Assembly (NCBI GenBank): GCA_964016885.1
Contig: OZ024741.1
Coordinates: 260,834,001-260,898,000 of the forward strand
DNA length: 64,000 bases
From: Eledone cirrhosa
Taxonomy: Eukaryota
Direction: 5' to 3'
Every line of letters begins with the position of its first letter. Within the stretch, counting starts at the first letter, position 1. Shown here in pieces: positions 11,676-25,882 of this stretch. The position numbers and the translations under genes were made by a program. Under the pieces are notes generated by a model. It was not told the origin of the DNA. It saw only the letters and a list, made by a program, of their open reading frames with translations, and searched no databases.

Positions 11676-14600
11676 GTTTCGCTTTACGAGTGTTTCGACT
11701 TACGAGTGTTTCGACATACGAGTGTTTCGACTTCCGAATGTTTTTGCTTACGGGTGTTTCGACTTACGAATGTTTCGGCTTACGAGTGTTTCGGCTTACG
11801 AGTGTTCCGACTTAGGAGTGTTTCGGCTTACGAGTGTTTCCGGCTTACGAGTGTTTCGACTTACGAGTGTTTCGACTTTCGAGTGTTTTGACTTACGGTG
11901 TTTCGGCTTACGAGTGATTCGACTTACGAGTGTTTTGACTTACGGGTGTTTTGACTTACGGGTGTTGTGAATTACCAGTGTTCCGATTTACGAGTATTTT
12001 GACTTACGGTGTTTCGGCTTGCGAGTGTTTCGACTCACGAGTGTTTCGGCTTATGAGTGTTTCGACTTACTAATGTTTTTACTTACGAGTGTTTCGGCGT
12101 TCGAGTGTTTTGCCTTACGAGTGTTTCGACTTAAGAGTGTTTTGACTTACGAATGTTTTGACTTACGGGTGTTTCGGCTTATGAGTGTTTCGACTTACGA
12201 GTGTTTCGACTTACGAGTGTTTCGACTTACGAGTGTTCTGACTTACGAGTGTTCTGACTTACGAGTGTTTCGACATACGAGTGTTTTGACTTACGGGTGT
12301 TTCGACTACGGGTGTTTCGAATTACGAGTGTTTCGGCTTACGAGTGTTTCGACTTACTAATGTTTTTACTTACGAGTGTTTCGGTGTACGAATGTTTTGA
12401 CTTAAGGATGTTTCGACTTACGAGTGTTTCGACTTACGAGTGTTTCGGCTTACGTGAGTTTCGACTTAAGAGTGTTCTGATTTACGAGTGTTCTGACTTG
12501 CGGGTGTTCTGATTTACGAGTGTTCCGACTTACGAGTGTTTCGGCTTATGAGTGTTTCGACTTACGAGTGTTTCAGCTTACGAGTGTTTCGACTTATGGG
12601 TGTTTCGACTTACGAGTGTTTTTACTTACGGTGTTTCGGCTTACGAGTGTTTCGACATACGAGTGTTTTGACTTACGGGTGTTTCGACTTACGAGTGTTT
12701 TGACTTACGAATGTTTTGACTTACGGGTGTTTCGGCTTACGAGTGTTTCGACTTACGAGTGTTTCGGCTTATGAGTGTTTCGACTTACGAGTGTTTCGGC
12801 TTACGAGTGTTTCGACTTATGGGTGTTTCGACTTACGAGTGTTTTTACTTACGGTGTTTCGGCTTACGAGTGTTTCGACATACGAGTGTTTTGACTTACG
12901 AGTGTTTTGACGTACGGGTGTTTCGACTTACGGGTGTTTCGACTTAAGAGTGTTTCGACTTACGAGCGCTTCGACTTACGAGTGTTTCGGCTTACGAGTG
13001 TTTCGGCGTATGAGTGTTTTGACTTACGAGTGTTTCGACTTACGAGTGTTTCGACTTACGAGTGTTTAGACTTACGAGTGTTTCGACTTACGAGTGTTTT
13101 GACTTACGAGTGTTTTGACTAACGGTGTTTCTGCTTACGAGTGTTTCGACTTACGAGTGTTATGACTTACGGGTGTTTTGACATACGAGTGTTTCGATAC
13201 GAGTGTTTCGACTTACGAGTGTTACGAGTGTTCTGACTTACGAGTGTTTCGACTTACGAGTGTTCTGACCTACGAGTGTTTTGACTTACGAGTGTTTCGA
13301 CTTACGAGTGTTTTGACTTACGGGGGTTTCGACTTACGAGTGTTTCGAGTTACGAGTGTTTCGAGTTACGAGTGTTTCGACTTACGAGTGTTTTTACTTA
13401 CGAATGTTCTGACTTACGGGTGTTTCGGCTTACGAGTGTTTCGACTTACGAGTGTTTTAACTTACGGGTGTTTCTACTTACGCGTGTTTCGACTTGCAAG
13501 TGTTTCGACTTACGAGTGTTTCGACTTGCAAGTGTTTCGACTTACGAGTGTTTCGACTACGAATGATCCGACTTACGAGTGTTTCGACTTACGAGTGTTT
13601 CGACTTACGAGTGTTCTGACTTACGGGTGTTCCGACTTACGAGTGTTTCGGCTTACGATTGTTTTGACTTACGATTGTTTTGGCTTACGAATGTTTCGAC
13701 TTACGAGTGTTTCGACTTACGAGTGTTTTGACTTACGAGTGTTTTGTCTTACGGGTGTTTTGACATACGAGTGTTTCGATACGAGTGTTCTGACTTACGA
13801 GTGTTCTGACTTACGAGTGTTCTCACTTACGAGTGTTCTGACTTACGAGTGTTCTGACTTACGGGTGTTCTGACTTACGAGTGTTCCGACTTACGAGTGA
13901 TTCGGCTTATGAGGGTTTCGACTTACGAGTGCTTCGGCTTACGAGTGTTTCGACCTACGAGTGTTTCGGCTTACGAGTGTTTTGACGTACGAATGTTTTG
14001 GCTTACGCGTGTTTCGTCTTACGAGTGTTTCGAATTACGAGTGTTTCGACTTACGAGTGTTTTGACTTACGGTGTTTCGGCTTACGAGTGTTTCGACTCA
14101 CGAGAGTTTTAACTTACGGGTGTTTCGACTTACGCGTGTTTCGACTTACGAATGTTCCGACTTACGAGTGTTTCGACTTACGAGTGTTTCGGCGTACGAG
14201 TGTTTCGACTTACGAGTGTTTTGACTTACGTGTGTTTCGGCTTACGAGTGTTTCGACTTACGAGTGTTTTGACTTACGTGTGTTTCGGCTTACGAGTGTT
14301 TTGACTTACGAGTGTTTTGACTTACGGGTGTTTCGGCTTACGAGTGTTTCGACTTACGAGTGTTCTGACTTACGAGTGTTCCGACTTACCAGCGTTCCGA
14401 CTTACGAGTGTTTCGACTTACGAGTGTTTCGGCTTACGAGTGTTTCGACTTATGGGTGTTTCGACTTACGAGTGTTTTTACTTACGGTGTTTCGGCTTAC
14501 GAGTGTTTCGACATACGAGTGTTTTGACTTACGGGTGTTTCGACTTATGCGTGTTTTGACTTACGAATGTTTTGACTTACGGGTGTTTCGGCTTACGAGT

Positions 14601-17600
14601 GTTTCGACTTACGAGTGTTTCGGCTTACGAGTGTTTCGACTTACTAATGTTTTTACTTACGAGTGTTTCGGCGTACGAGAGTTTTGACTTACGAGTGTTT
14701 CGACTTACGAGTGTTTTGACTTACGAATGTTTTGACTTACGGGTGTTTCGGCTTATGAGTGTTTCGACTTACGAGTCTTTCGGCTTACGAGTGTTTCGAC
14801 TTACTAATGTTTTTACTTACGAGTGTTTCGGCGTACGAGTGTTTCGACTTACGAGTGTTTCGACTTACGGGTGTTTTGACTTACGGGTGTTTCGGCTTAC
14901 GAGTGTTTCGACTTACGATTGTTTGGCTTACGAATGTTTCGACTTACGAGTGTTTCGACTTCCGAGAGTTTTGACTTACGGTGTTTCGGCTTACGAGTGT
15001 TTCGACTTACGAGTGTTTTGACTTACGGGTGTTTTGACATACGAGTGTTTCGATACGAGTGTTCTGACTTACGAGTGTTCTGACTTACGAGTGTTTCGAC
15101 TTACGAGTGTTTTGACTTACGGGTGTTTTGACATACGAGTGTTTCGATACGAGTGTTCTGACTTACGAGTGTTCTGACTTACGAGTGTTCTGACTTACGG
15201 GTGTTCTGACTTACGAGTGTTCCGGCTTACGAGTGTTTCGGCTTATGAGGGTTTCGACTTACGAGTGCTTCGGCTTACGAGTGTTTCGACTTACGAGTGT
15301 TTCGGATACGAGTGTTTCAACTTACGAATGTTTTGGCTTACGAGTGTTTCGGCTTACGAGTGTTTCGACTTACGAGTGTTTCGACTTACGAGTGTTTTGA
15401 CTTACGGTGTTTCGGCTTACGAGTGTTTCGACATACGAGTGTTTTGACGTACGGGTGTTTCGACTTACGGGTGTTTCGACTTAAGAGTGTTTCGACTTAC
15501 GAGCGCTTCGACTTACGAGTGTTTCGGCTTACGAGTGTTTCGGCGTATGAGTGTTTCGACTTACGAGTCTTTCGGCTTACGAGTGTTTCGACTTACTAAT
15601 GTTTTTACTTACGAGTGTTTCGGCGTACGAGTGTTTCGACTTACGAGTGTTTCGACTTACGGGTGTTTTGACTTACGGGTGTTTCGGCTTACGAGTGTTT
15701 CGACTTACGATTGTTTGGCTTACGAATGTTTCGGCTTACGAGTGTTTCGACTTACGAGAGTTTTGACTTACGGTGTTTCGGCTTACGAGTGTTTCGACTT
15801 ACGAGTGTTTTGACTTACGGGTGTTTTGACATACGAGTGTTTCGATACGAGTGTTCTGACTTACGAGTGTTCTGACTTACGAGTGTTCTGACTTACGGGT
15901 GTTCTGACTTACGAGTGTTCCGACTTACGAGTGTTTCGGCTTATGAGGGTTTCGACTTACGAGTGCTTCGGCTTACGAGTGTTTTGGCTTACGAGTGTTT
16001 CGGCTTGCGAGTGTTTTGACTTACGAGTGTTCTGATTTACGGATGTTTCGACATACGAGTGTTTCGACTTACGAGTGTTTCGACTTATGAGTGTTTCGAC
16101 TTACGACTGTTTCGACTTACGAGTGTTTCGGCTTATGAGTGTTTCGACTTACGAGTGTTTCGACTTACGAGCGTTTTGACTTACGGTGTTTCGGCTTACG
16201 AGTGTTTCGACATACGAGTGTTTTGACGTACGGGTGTTTCGACTTACGGGTGTTTCGACTTAAGAGTGTTTCGACTTACGAGCGCTTCGACTTACGAGTG
16301 TTTCGGCTTACGAGTGTTTCGGCGTATGAGTGTTTTGACTTACGAGTGTTTCGACTTACGAGTGTTTCGACTTACGAGTGTTTAGACTTACGAGTGTTTC
16401 GACTTACGAGTGTTTTGACTTACGAGTGTTTTGACTAACGGTGTTTCTGCTTACGAGTGTTTCGACTTACGAGTGTTATGACTTACGGGTGTTTTGACAT
16501 ACGAGTGTTTCGATACGAGTGTTTCGACTTACGAGTGTTACGAGTGTTCTGACTTACGAGTGTTTCGACTTACGAGTGTTCTGACCTACGAGTGTTCTGA
16601 CTTACGAGTGTTTCGACTTACGAGTGTTTTGACTTACGGGGGTTTCGACTTACGAGTGTTTCGAGTTACGAGTGTTTCGAGTTACGAGTGTTTCGACTTA
16701 CGAGTGTTTTTACTTACGAATGTTCTGACTTACGGGTGTTTCGGCTTACGAGTGTTTCGACTTACGAGTGTTTTAACTTACGGGTGTTTCTACTTACGCG
16801 TGTTTCGACTTGCAAGTGTTTCGACTTACGAGTGTTTCGACTTGCAAGTGTTTCGACTTACGAGTGTTTCGACTACGAATGATCCGACTTACGAGTGTTT
16901 CGACTTACGAGTGTTTCGACTTACGAGTGTTCTGACTTATGGGTGTTCCGACTTACGAGTGTTTCGGCTTACGATTGTTTTGACTTACGATTGTTTTGGC
17001 TTACGAATGTTTCGACTTACGAGTGTTTCGACTTACGAGTGTTTTGACTTACGAGTGTTTTGTCTTACGGGTGTTTTGACATACGAGTGTTTCGATACGA
17101 GTGTTCTGACTTACGAGTGTTCTGACTTACGAGTGTTCTCACTTACGAGTGTTCTGACTTACGAGTGTTCTGACTTACGGGTGTTCTGACTTACGAGTGT
17201 TCCGATTTACGAGTGTTTTGACTTACGGTGTTTCGGCTTACGAGTGATTCGACTTACGAATGTTTTGACTTACGGGTGTTTCGGCTTGCGAGTGTTTCGA
17301 CTTACGAGTGTTTCGGCTTATGGGTGTTTCGACTTACTAATGTTTTTACTTACGAGTGTTTCGGCGTACGAGTGTTTTGACTTACGAGTGTTTCGACTTA
17401 CGAGTGTTTCGACTTACGAGTGTTTTGACTTACGAATGTTTTGACTTACGGGTGTTTCGGCTTACGAGTGTTTCGACTTACGAGTCTTTCGGCTTACGAG
17501 TGTTTCGACTTACTAATGTTTTTACTTACGAGTGTTTCGGCGTACGAGTGTTTCGACTTACGAGTGTTTCGACTAACGGGTGTTTTGACTTACGGGTGTT

Positions 17601-20600
17601 TCGGCTTACGAGTGTTTCGACTTACGAGTGTTTCGACTTACGAGTGTTTTGACTTACGAGTGTTCTGATTTACGGATGTTTCGACATACGAGTGTTTCGA
17701 CTTACGAGTGTTTCGACTTATGAGTGTTTCGACTTACGACTGTTTCGACTTACGAGTGTTTCGGCTTATGAGTGTTTCGACTTACGAGTGTTTCGACTTA
17801 CGAGTGTTCTGACTTACGGGTGTTTTGACATACGAGTGTTTCGAGACGAGTGTTCTGACTTACGAGTGTTCTGACTTACGAGTGTTTTGACTCACGAGTG
17901 TTCTGACTTACGAGTGTTCCGACTTACGAGTGTTCCGACTTACGAGTGTTTCGGCTTACGAGTGTTTCCGGCTTACGAGTGTTTCGACTTACGAGTGTTT
18001 TGACTTACGGTGTTTCGACTTACGAGTGTTTTAACTTACGGGTGTTTTGACTTACGGGTGTTGTGAATTACGAGTGTTCCGATTTACGAGTGTTTTGACT
18101 TACGGTGTTTCGGCTACGAGTGATTTGACTTACGAATGTTTTGACTCACGGGTGTTTCGGCTTGTGAGTGTTTCGACTTACGAGTGTTTCGGCTTACGAG
18201 TGTTTCGACTTACTAATTTTTTTACTTACGAGTGTTTCGGCGTACGAGAGTTTTGACTTACGAGTGTTTCGACTTACGAGTGTTTTGACTTACGAATGTT
18301 TTGACTTACGGGTGTTTCGGCTTATGAGTGTTTCGACTTACGAGTCTTTCGGCTTACGAGTGTTTCGACTTACTAATGTTTTTACTTACGAGTGTTTCGG
18401 CGTACGAGTGTTTCGACTTACGAGTGTTTCGACTTACGGGTGTTTTGACTTACGGGTGTTTCGGCTTACGAGTGTTTCGACTTACGATTGTTTGGCTTAC
18501 GAATGTTTCGGCTTACGAGTGTTTCGACTTACGAGAGTTTTGACTTACGGTGTTTCGGCTTACGAGTGTTTCGACTTACGAGTGTTTTGACTTACGGGTG
18601 TTTTGACATACGAGTGTTTCGATACGAGTGTTCTGACTTACGAGTGTTCTGACTTACGAGTGTTCTGACTTACGGGTGTCCTGACTTACGAGTATTCCGA
18701 CTTACGAGTGTTTCGGCTTATGAGGGTTTCGACTTACGAGTGCTTCGGCTTACGAGTGTTTCGTCTTACGAGTGTTTTGACTTACGGTGTTTCGGCTTAC
18801 GAGTGATTCAACTTACGAGTGTTTTGACTTACGGGTGTTTTGACTTACGGGTGTTGTGAATTACGAGTGTTTCGGTTTACGAGTGTTTCGACATACGAGT
18901 GTTTTGACTTACGGTTGTTTCGACTTACGGGTGTTTCGACTTACGAGTGTTTCGGCTTACGAGTGTTTCGACTTACTAATGTTTTTACTTACGAGTGTTT
19001 CGGTGTACGAGTGTTTCGACTTAAGGATGTTTCGACTTGCGAGTGTTTCGACTTATGTGTGTTTCGGCTTACGTGAGTTTCGACTTAAGAGTGTTCTGAT
19101 TTACGAGTGTTCTGACTTGCGGGTGTTCTGATTTACGAGTGTTCCGACTTACGAGTGTTTCGGCTTATGAGTGTTTCGACTTACGAGTGTTTCGGCTTAC
19201 GAGTGTTTCGACTTATGGGTGTTTCGACTTACGAGTGTTTTTACTTACGGTGTTTCGGCTTACGAGTGTTTCGACATACGAGTGTTCAGACTTACGAGTG
19301 TTCCGACTTACGAGCGTTCCGACTTACAAGTGTTTCGATTACGAGTGTTAAGACTTACGGGTGTTTTGACATACGAGTGTTTCGATACGTGTGTTTCGAC
19401 TTACGAGTGTTACGAGTGTTCTGACTTACGAGTGTTCTGACTTACGAGTGTTCTGACTTACGAGTGTTCTGACTTACGAGTGTTCTGACTTACGAGCGTT
19501 CTGACTTACGAGTGTTCCGACTTACGAGTGTTTCGGCTTACGAGTGTTTCGAGTTACGAGTGTTCTGACTTACGAGTGTTCCGACTTACGAGCGTTCCGA
19601 CTTACGAGTGTTTCGGCTTACAAGTGTTCCGACTTACGAGTGTTTCGACTTACGAGTGTTTTGACTTACGGTGTTTCTGCTTACGAGTGTTTCGACTTAC
19701 GAGTGTTAAGACTTACGGGTGTTTTGACATACGAGTGTTTCGATACGAGTGTTTCGACTTACGAGTGTTACGAGTGTTCTGACTTACGAGTGTTTCGACT
19801 TACGATTGTTTTTTTCACTTACGGGTGTTTCGACTTACGCGTGTTTCGACTTAAGGATGTTTCGACTTGCGAGTGTTTCGACTTACGTGTGTTTCGGCTT
19901 ACGTGAGTTTCGACTTAAGAGTGTTCTGATTTACGAGTGTTCTGACTTGCGGGTGTTCTGATTTACGAGTGTTTCGACTTACGAGTGTTTCGACTTACGG
20001 GTGTTCCGACTTACGAGTGTTTCGGCGTACGATTGTTTCGACTTACGAGTGTTTCGGTTTACGAGTGTTTCGACTTACGGGTGTTTTGACTTACGATTGT
20101 TTGGGCTTACGAATGTTTCGACTTACGAGTGTTTCGACTTACGAGTGTTTTGACTTACGGTGTTTCGGCTTGCGAGTGTTTTGACTTACGAGTGTTTTGA
20201 CTTACGGGTGTTTTGACATACGAGTGTTTCGATACGAGTGTTCTGACTTACGAGTGTTCTGACTTACGAGTGTTCTGACTTACGAGTGTTCTGACTTACG
20301 AGTGGTCTGACTTACGGGTGTTCTGACTTACGAGTGTTCCGACTTACGAGTGTTTCAGCTTATGAGTGTTTCGACTTACGAGTGCTTCGGTTTACGAGTG
20401 TTTCGACTTACGAGTGTTTCGGCTTACGAGTGTTTCGATTACGAATGTTTTGGCTTACGAGTGTTTCGGCTTACGGGTGTTTCGGCTTATGAGTGTTTCG
20501 ACTTACGAGTGTTTTGACTTACGGGTGTTTCGACTTACGCGTGTTTCGACTTACAAGTGTTTCGACTTACGAGTGTTTCGACTTACGAATGTTCCGTCTT

Positions 20601-21062
20601 ACGAGTGTTTCTACTTACGAGTGTTTCGGCTTACGAGTGTTTCGACTTACGAGTGTTTCGGCGTACGAGTGTTTTAACTTACGAGTGTTTCGACTTACGA
20701 GTGCTTTGACTTACGAATGTTTTGAATTACTTCGACTTACGAGTGATCTGACTTACGAGTGATCCTACTTACGAGTGTTTCGACTTACGAGTGTTTCGAC
20801 TTGCGAGTGTTTCGACTTACGAGTGTTTCGACTTACGAGTGTTCTGACTTACGAGTGTTCTGACTTACGAGTGTTCCGACTTACGAGTGTTTCGACTTAC
20901 GAGTGTTTCGACTTACGAGTGTTTTAACTTACGGGTGTTTCGACTTACGCGTGTTTCGACTTACAAGTGTTTCGACTTACGAGTGTTTCGACTTACGAAT
21001 GTTCCGACTTACGAGTGTTTCTACTTACGAGTGTTTCGGCTTACGAGTGTTTCGACTTACGA

Positions 21063-21131
21063 AAATAACAAGTAGACGCGGTTTCAAATATCTATGCTTT
21101 TCAAATTCATTACATTAATCTTTATTTATAC
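21063..21131 (+). repeat. 69-bp AT-rich element, copy 3, haplotype B1
   Basis: Variant caaGtagacg...aaatAtctatgCttttc, with B-type flanks. Confidence 0.95.
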
Positions 21132-22550
21132 GTTTCGCTTTACGAGTGTTTCGGCGTACGAGTGTTTCGACTTACGAGTGTTTTAACTTACGGTTGTTTC
21201 GACTTACGCGTTTTTCGACTACGAATGTTCCGACTTACGAGTGTTTCGACTTACGAGTGATTTGACTTACGAATGTTTTGACTTCGACTTACGAGTGATC
21301 TGACTTACGTGTGTTCCTACTTACGAGTGTTTCGACTTACGAGTGTTTCGACTTGCGAGTGTTTCGACTTACGAGTGTTTCGGCTTACGAGTGTTTCGGT
21401 GTTTCGGCTTACGTGTGTTTCGTCTTACGAGTGTTTCGACTTACGAGTGCTTCGGCTTACGAGTGTTTCGACTTACGAGTATTTCGGCTTACGAGTGTTT
21501 CGACGTACGAATGTTTTGGCTTACGAGTGTTTCGGCTTATGAGTGTTTCGACTTACGAGTGTTTCGACTTACGAGTGTTTCGGCTTACGAGTGTTACGAG
21601 TGTTCTGACTTACGAGTGTTTCGACTTACGAGTGTTTTGACTTACGGGTGTTTCGACTTACGGGTGTTCCTACTTACGAGTGTTTCGGCTTACGATTGTT
21701 TCGACTTACGAGTGTTTCGGTTTACGAGTGTTTCGACTTACGGGTGTTTTGACTTACGATTGTTTGGGCTTACGAATGTTTCGATTACGAGTGTTTTGAC
21801 TTACGGGTGTTTTGACTTACGGGTGTTTTGACATACGAGTGTTTCGATACGAGTGTTCTGACTTACGAGTGTTCTGACTGACGAGTGGTCTGACTTACGG
21901 GTGTTCTGACTTACGAGTTTTCCGACTTACGAGTGTTTCAGCTTATGAGTGTTTCGACTTACGAATGTTTTGGCTTACAAGTGTTTCGGCTTACGAGTGT
22001 TTCGGCTTATGAATGTTTCGACTTACGGGTGTTTCGACGTAAGAGTGTTTCGACTTACGAGCGCTTCGACTTACGAGTGTTTCGACTTACGAGTGTTTCG
22101 GCGTACGAGTGTTTTGACTTACGAGTGTTTCGACTTACGAGTGCTTTGCCTTACGAATGTTTTGAATTACTTCGACTTACGAGTGATCTGACTTACGAGT
22201 GTTCCTACTTACGAGTGTTTCGACTTACGAGTGTTTCGACTTGCGAGTGTTTCGACTTACGAGTGTTTCGACTTACGAGTATTCTGACTTACGAGTGTTC
22301 TGATTTACGAGTGTTCTGACTTACGAGTGTTTCGACTTACGAGTGTTTCGACTTACGAGTGTTTTGACTTATGAATGTTCTGACTTACGGGTGTTTCGCC
22401 TTACGAGTGTTTCGACTTACGAGTGTTTTAACTTACGGGTGTTTCGACTTACGCGTGTTTCGACTTACGAGTGTTTCGACTTACGAGTGTTTCGACTTAC
22501 GAATGTTCCGACTTACGAGTGTTTCTACTTACGAGTGTTTCGGCTTACGA

Positions 22551-22619
22551 AAATAACAAATAGACGCGGTTTCAAATCTCTATGCTTTTCAAATTCATTA
22601 CATTAATCTTTATTTATAC
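22551..22619 (+). repeat. 69-bp AT-rich element, copy 4, haplotype B2
   Basis: Variant aaatctctatgCttttc, with B-type flanks. Confidence 0.95.
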
Positions 22620-25600
22620 GTTTCGCTTTACGAGTGTTTCGGCGTACGAGTGTTTCGACTTACGAGTGTTTTAACTTACGGTTGTTTCGACTTACGCGCT
22701 TTTCGACTACGAATGTTCCGACTTACGAGTGTTTCGACTTACGAGTGTTTCGACTTACGAGTGCTTTGACTTACGAATGTTTTGACTTACTTCGACTTAC
22801 GAGTGATCTGACTTACGAGTGTTCCTACTTACGAGTGTTTCGACTTACGAGTGTTTCGACTTGCGAGTGTTTCGACTTACGAGTGTTTCTGCTTACGAGT
22901 GTTTCAGTGTTTCGGCTTACGTGTGTTTCGACTTACGAGTGTTTCGACTTACGAGTGTTTCGGCTTATGAGTGTTTCGACTTACGAGTGCTTCGGCTTAC
23001 GAGTGTTTCGACTTACGAGTATTTCGGCTTACGAGTGTTTCGACGTACGAATGTTTTGGCTTACGAGTGTTTCGGCTTATGAGTGTTTCGGCTTACGAGT
23101 GTTTCGACTTAAGAGTGTTTCGGCTTACGAGTGTTTCAGTGTTTCGGCTTACGTGTGTTTCGACTTACGAGTGTTTCGACTTACGACTGTTTCGGCTTAC
23201 GAGTGTTTCGGCTTACGAGTGTTTCGGCTTACGAGTGTTTTGACTTACGAGTGTTTTGACTTACGATTGTTTGGCTTACGAGTGTTCTGACTTACGGGTG
23301 TTCTGACTTACGAGTGTTCCGACTTACGAGTGTTTCGGCTTATGAGGGTTTCGACTTACGAGTGCTTCGGCTTACGAGTGTTTCGACTTACGCGTGTTTC
23401 GGCTTACGAGTGTTTCGACTTACAAGTGTTTCGACTTACGAGTGTTTTGACTTACGGTGTTTCGGCTTACGAGTGTTTCGACATACGAGTGTTTTGACGT
23501 ACGGGTGTTTCGACTTACGGGCGATTCGACTTACGAGTGTTTCGACTTACGAGTGTTTCGGCGTATGAGTGTTTTGACTTACGAGTGTTTCGACTTACGA
23601 GTGTTTCGACTTACGAGTGTTTCGAATTACGAGTGTTTCGACTTACGAGTGTTTTGACTTACGAGTGTTTTGACTTACGGTGTTTCTGCTTACGAGTGTT
23701 TCGACTTACGAGTGTTATGACTTACGGGTGTTTTGACATACGAGTGTTTCGACTTACGAGTGTTTTGACTTACGGGTGTTTTGACATACGAGTGTTTCGA
23801 TACGAGTGTTCTGACTTACGAGTGTTCTGACTTACGAGTGTTTCGACATACGAGTGTTTTGACTTACGGGTGTTTCGACTTACGAGTGTTTTGACTTACG
23901 AATGTTTTGACTTACGGGTGTTTCGGCTTACGAGTGTTTCGGCTTACGAGTGTTTCGACTTACTAATGTTTTTAAAACGAGTGTTTCGGCGTACGAGAGT
24001 TTTGACTTACGAGTGTTTCGACTTACGAGTGTTTCAACTTACGAGTATTTTGACTTACGAATGTTTTGACTTACGGCTGTTTCGGCTTACGAGTGTTTCG
24101 ACTTACTAATGTTTTTACTTACGAGTGTTTCGGCGTACGAATGTTTCGACTTCCGAGTGTTTCGACTTACGGGTGTTTTGACTTACGGGTGTTTCGGCTT
24201 ACGAGTGTTTTGACTTACGAGTGTTTTGACTTAAGGGTGTTTCGACTTATGAGTATTTTTGGCTTACGAGTGTTTCGACTTACGAGTGTTTTGACTTACG
24301 AGTGTTCTGATTTACGGATGTTTCGACATACGAGTGTTTCGACTTACGAGTGTTTCGACTTATGAGTGTTTCGACTTACGAGTGTTTCGACTTACGAGTG
24401 TTTCGGCTTATGATTGTTTCGACTTACGAGTGTTTTGACTTACGGGTGTTTTGACATACGAGTGTTTCGATACGAGTGTTCTGACTTACGAGTGTTCTGA
24501 CTTACGAGTGTTCCGACTTACGAGTGTTCCGACTTACGAGTGTTTCGGCTTGCGAGTGTTTCCGGCTTACGAGTGTTTCGACTTACGAGTGTTTTGACTT
24601 ACGGTGTTTCGGCTTACGAGTCATTCAACTTACGAGTGTTTTGACTTACGGGTGTTTTGACTTACGGGTGTTGTGAATTACGAGTGTTCCGATTTACGAG
24701 TGTTTTGACTTACGGTGTTTCGGCTTACGAGTGATTCGACTTACGAATGTTTTGACTTACGGGTGTTTCGGCTTGCGAGTGTTTCGACTTACGAGTGTTT
24801 CGGCTTATGAGTGTTTCGACTTACTAATGTTTTTACTTACGAGTGTTCTGACTTACGAGGGTTCCGACTTAAGAGTGTTCCGACTTACGAGTGTTTCGGC
24901 TTACGAGTGTTTCCGGCTTACGAGTGTTTCGACTTACGAGTGTTTCGACTTACGAGTGTTTTGACTTACGGTGTTTCGACTTACGAGTGATTCGACTTAC
25001 GAGTGTTTTGACTTACGGGTGTTTTGACTTACGGGTGTTGTGAATTACGAGTGTTCCGATTTACGAGTGTTTTGACTTACGGTGTTTCGGCTAACGAGTG
25101 ATTCGACTTACGAATGTTTTGACTTACGGGTGTTTCGGCTTACGAGTGTTTCGACTTACGAGTGTTTCGGCTTGCGAGTGTTTCGAGTTACTAATGTTTT
25201 TACTTACGAGTTTTTCGGCGTACGAATGTTTCGACTTACGAGTGTTTCGACTTACGGGTGTTTTGACTTAAGGGTGTTTCGACTTACAAGTGTTTCGACT
25301 TACGAGTGTTTCGACTTACGAGTGTTCTGACTTACGAGTGTTCTGATTTACGGATGTTTCGACATACGAGTGTTTCGACTTACGAGTGTTTCGACTTACG
25401 AGTGTTTTGACTTACGGGTGTTTTGACATACGAGTGTTTCGATACGAGTGTTTCGACTTACGAGTGTTCTGACTTACGAGTGTTCTGACTTACGAGTGTT
25501 CTGATTTACGAGTGTTCCGACTTACGAGTGTTTCGGCTTACGAGTGTTTCGGCTTACGAGTGTTTCGACTTACGAGTGTTTCGACTTACGAGTGTTCCGA

Positions 25601-25813
25601 CTTACGGGTGTTTCGACTTACGAGTGGTTTGGCTTACGGTGTTTCGGCCTACGAGTGTTTCGAGTTACGAGTGTTTTGACTTACGCGTGTTTTGACATAC
25701 GAGTGTTTCGATACGAGTGTTCTGACTTACGAGTGTTCTGACTTACGAGTGTTCCGACTTTACGAGTGTTTCGGCTCACGAGTGTTTCGGCTTACGAGTG
25801 TTTCGACTTACGA

Positions 25814-25882
25814 AAATAACAAATAGACGCGGTTTCAAATCTCTATGATTTTCAAATTCATTACATTAATCTTTATTTATAC
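25814..25882 (+). repeat. 69-bp AT-rich element, copy 5, haplotype A
   Basis: Matches copy 1 by eye. Confidence 0.95.

Larger units (their letters stand above)
17400..23400 (+). repeat. Higher-order block containing the B-type sub-domain; second copy at about 47300-53700
   Basis: Paired ORF landmarks 17692/47631, 18328/48268, 19969/49735, 20366/50132, 20887/50669, 22343/52691, 22634/52982. The B1-then-B2 insert order is the same in both. Boundaries approximate. Confidence 0.8.
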
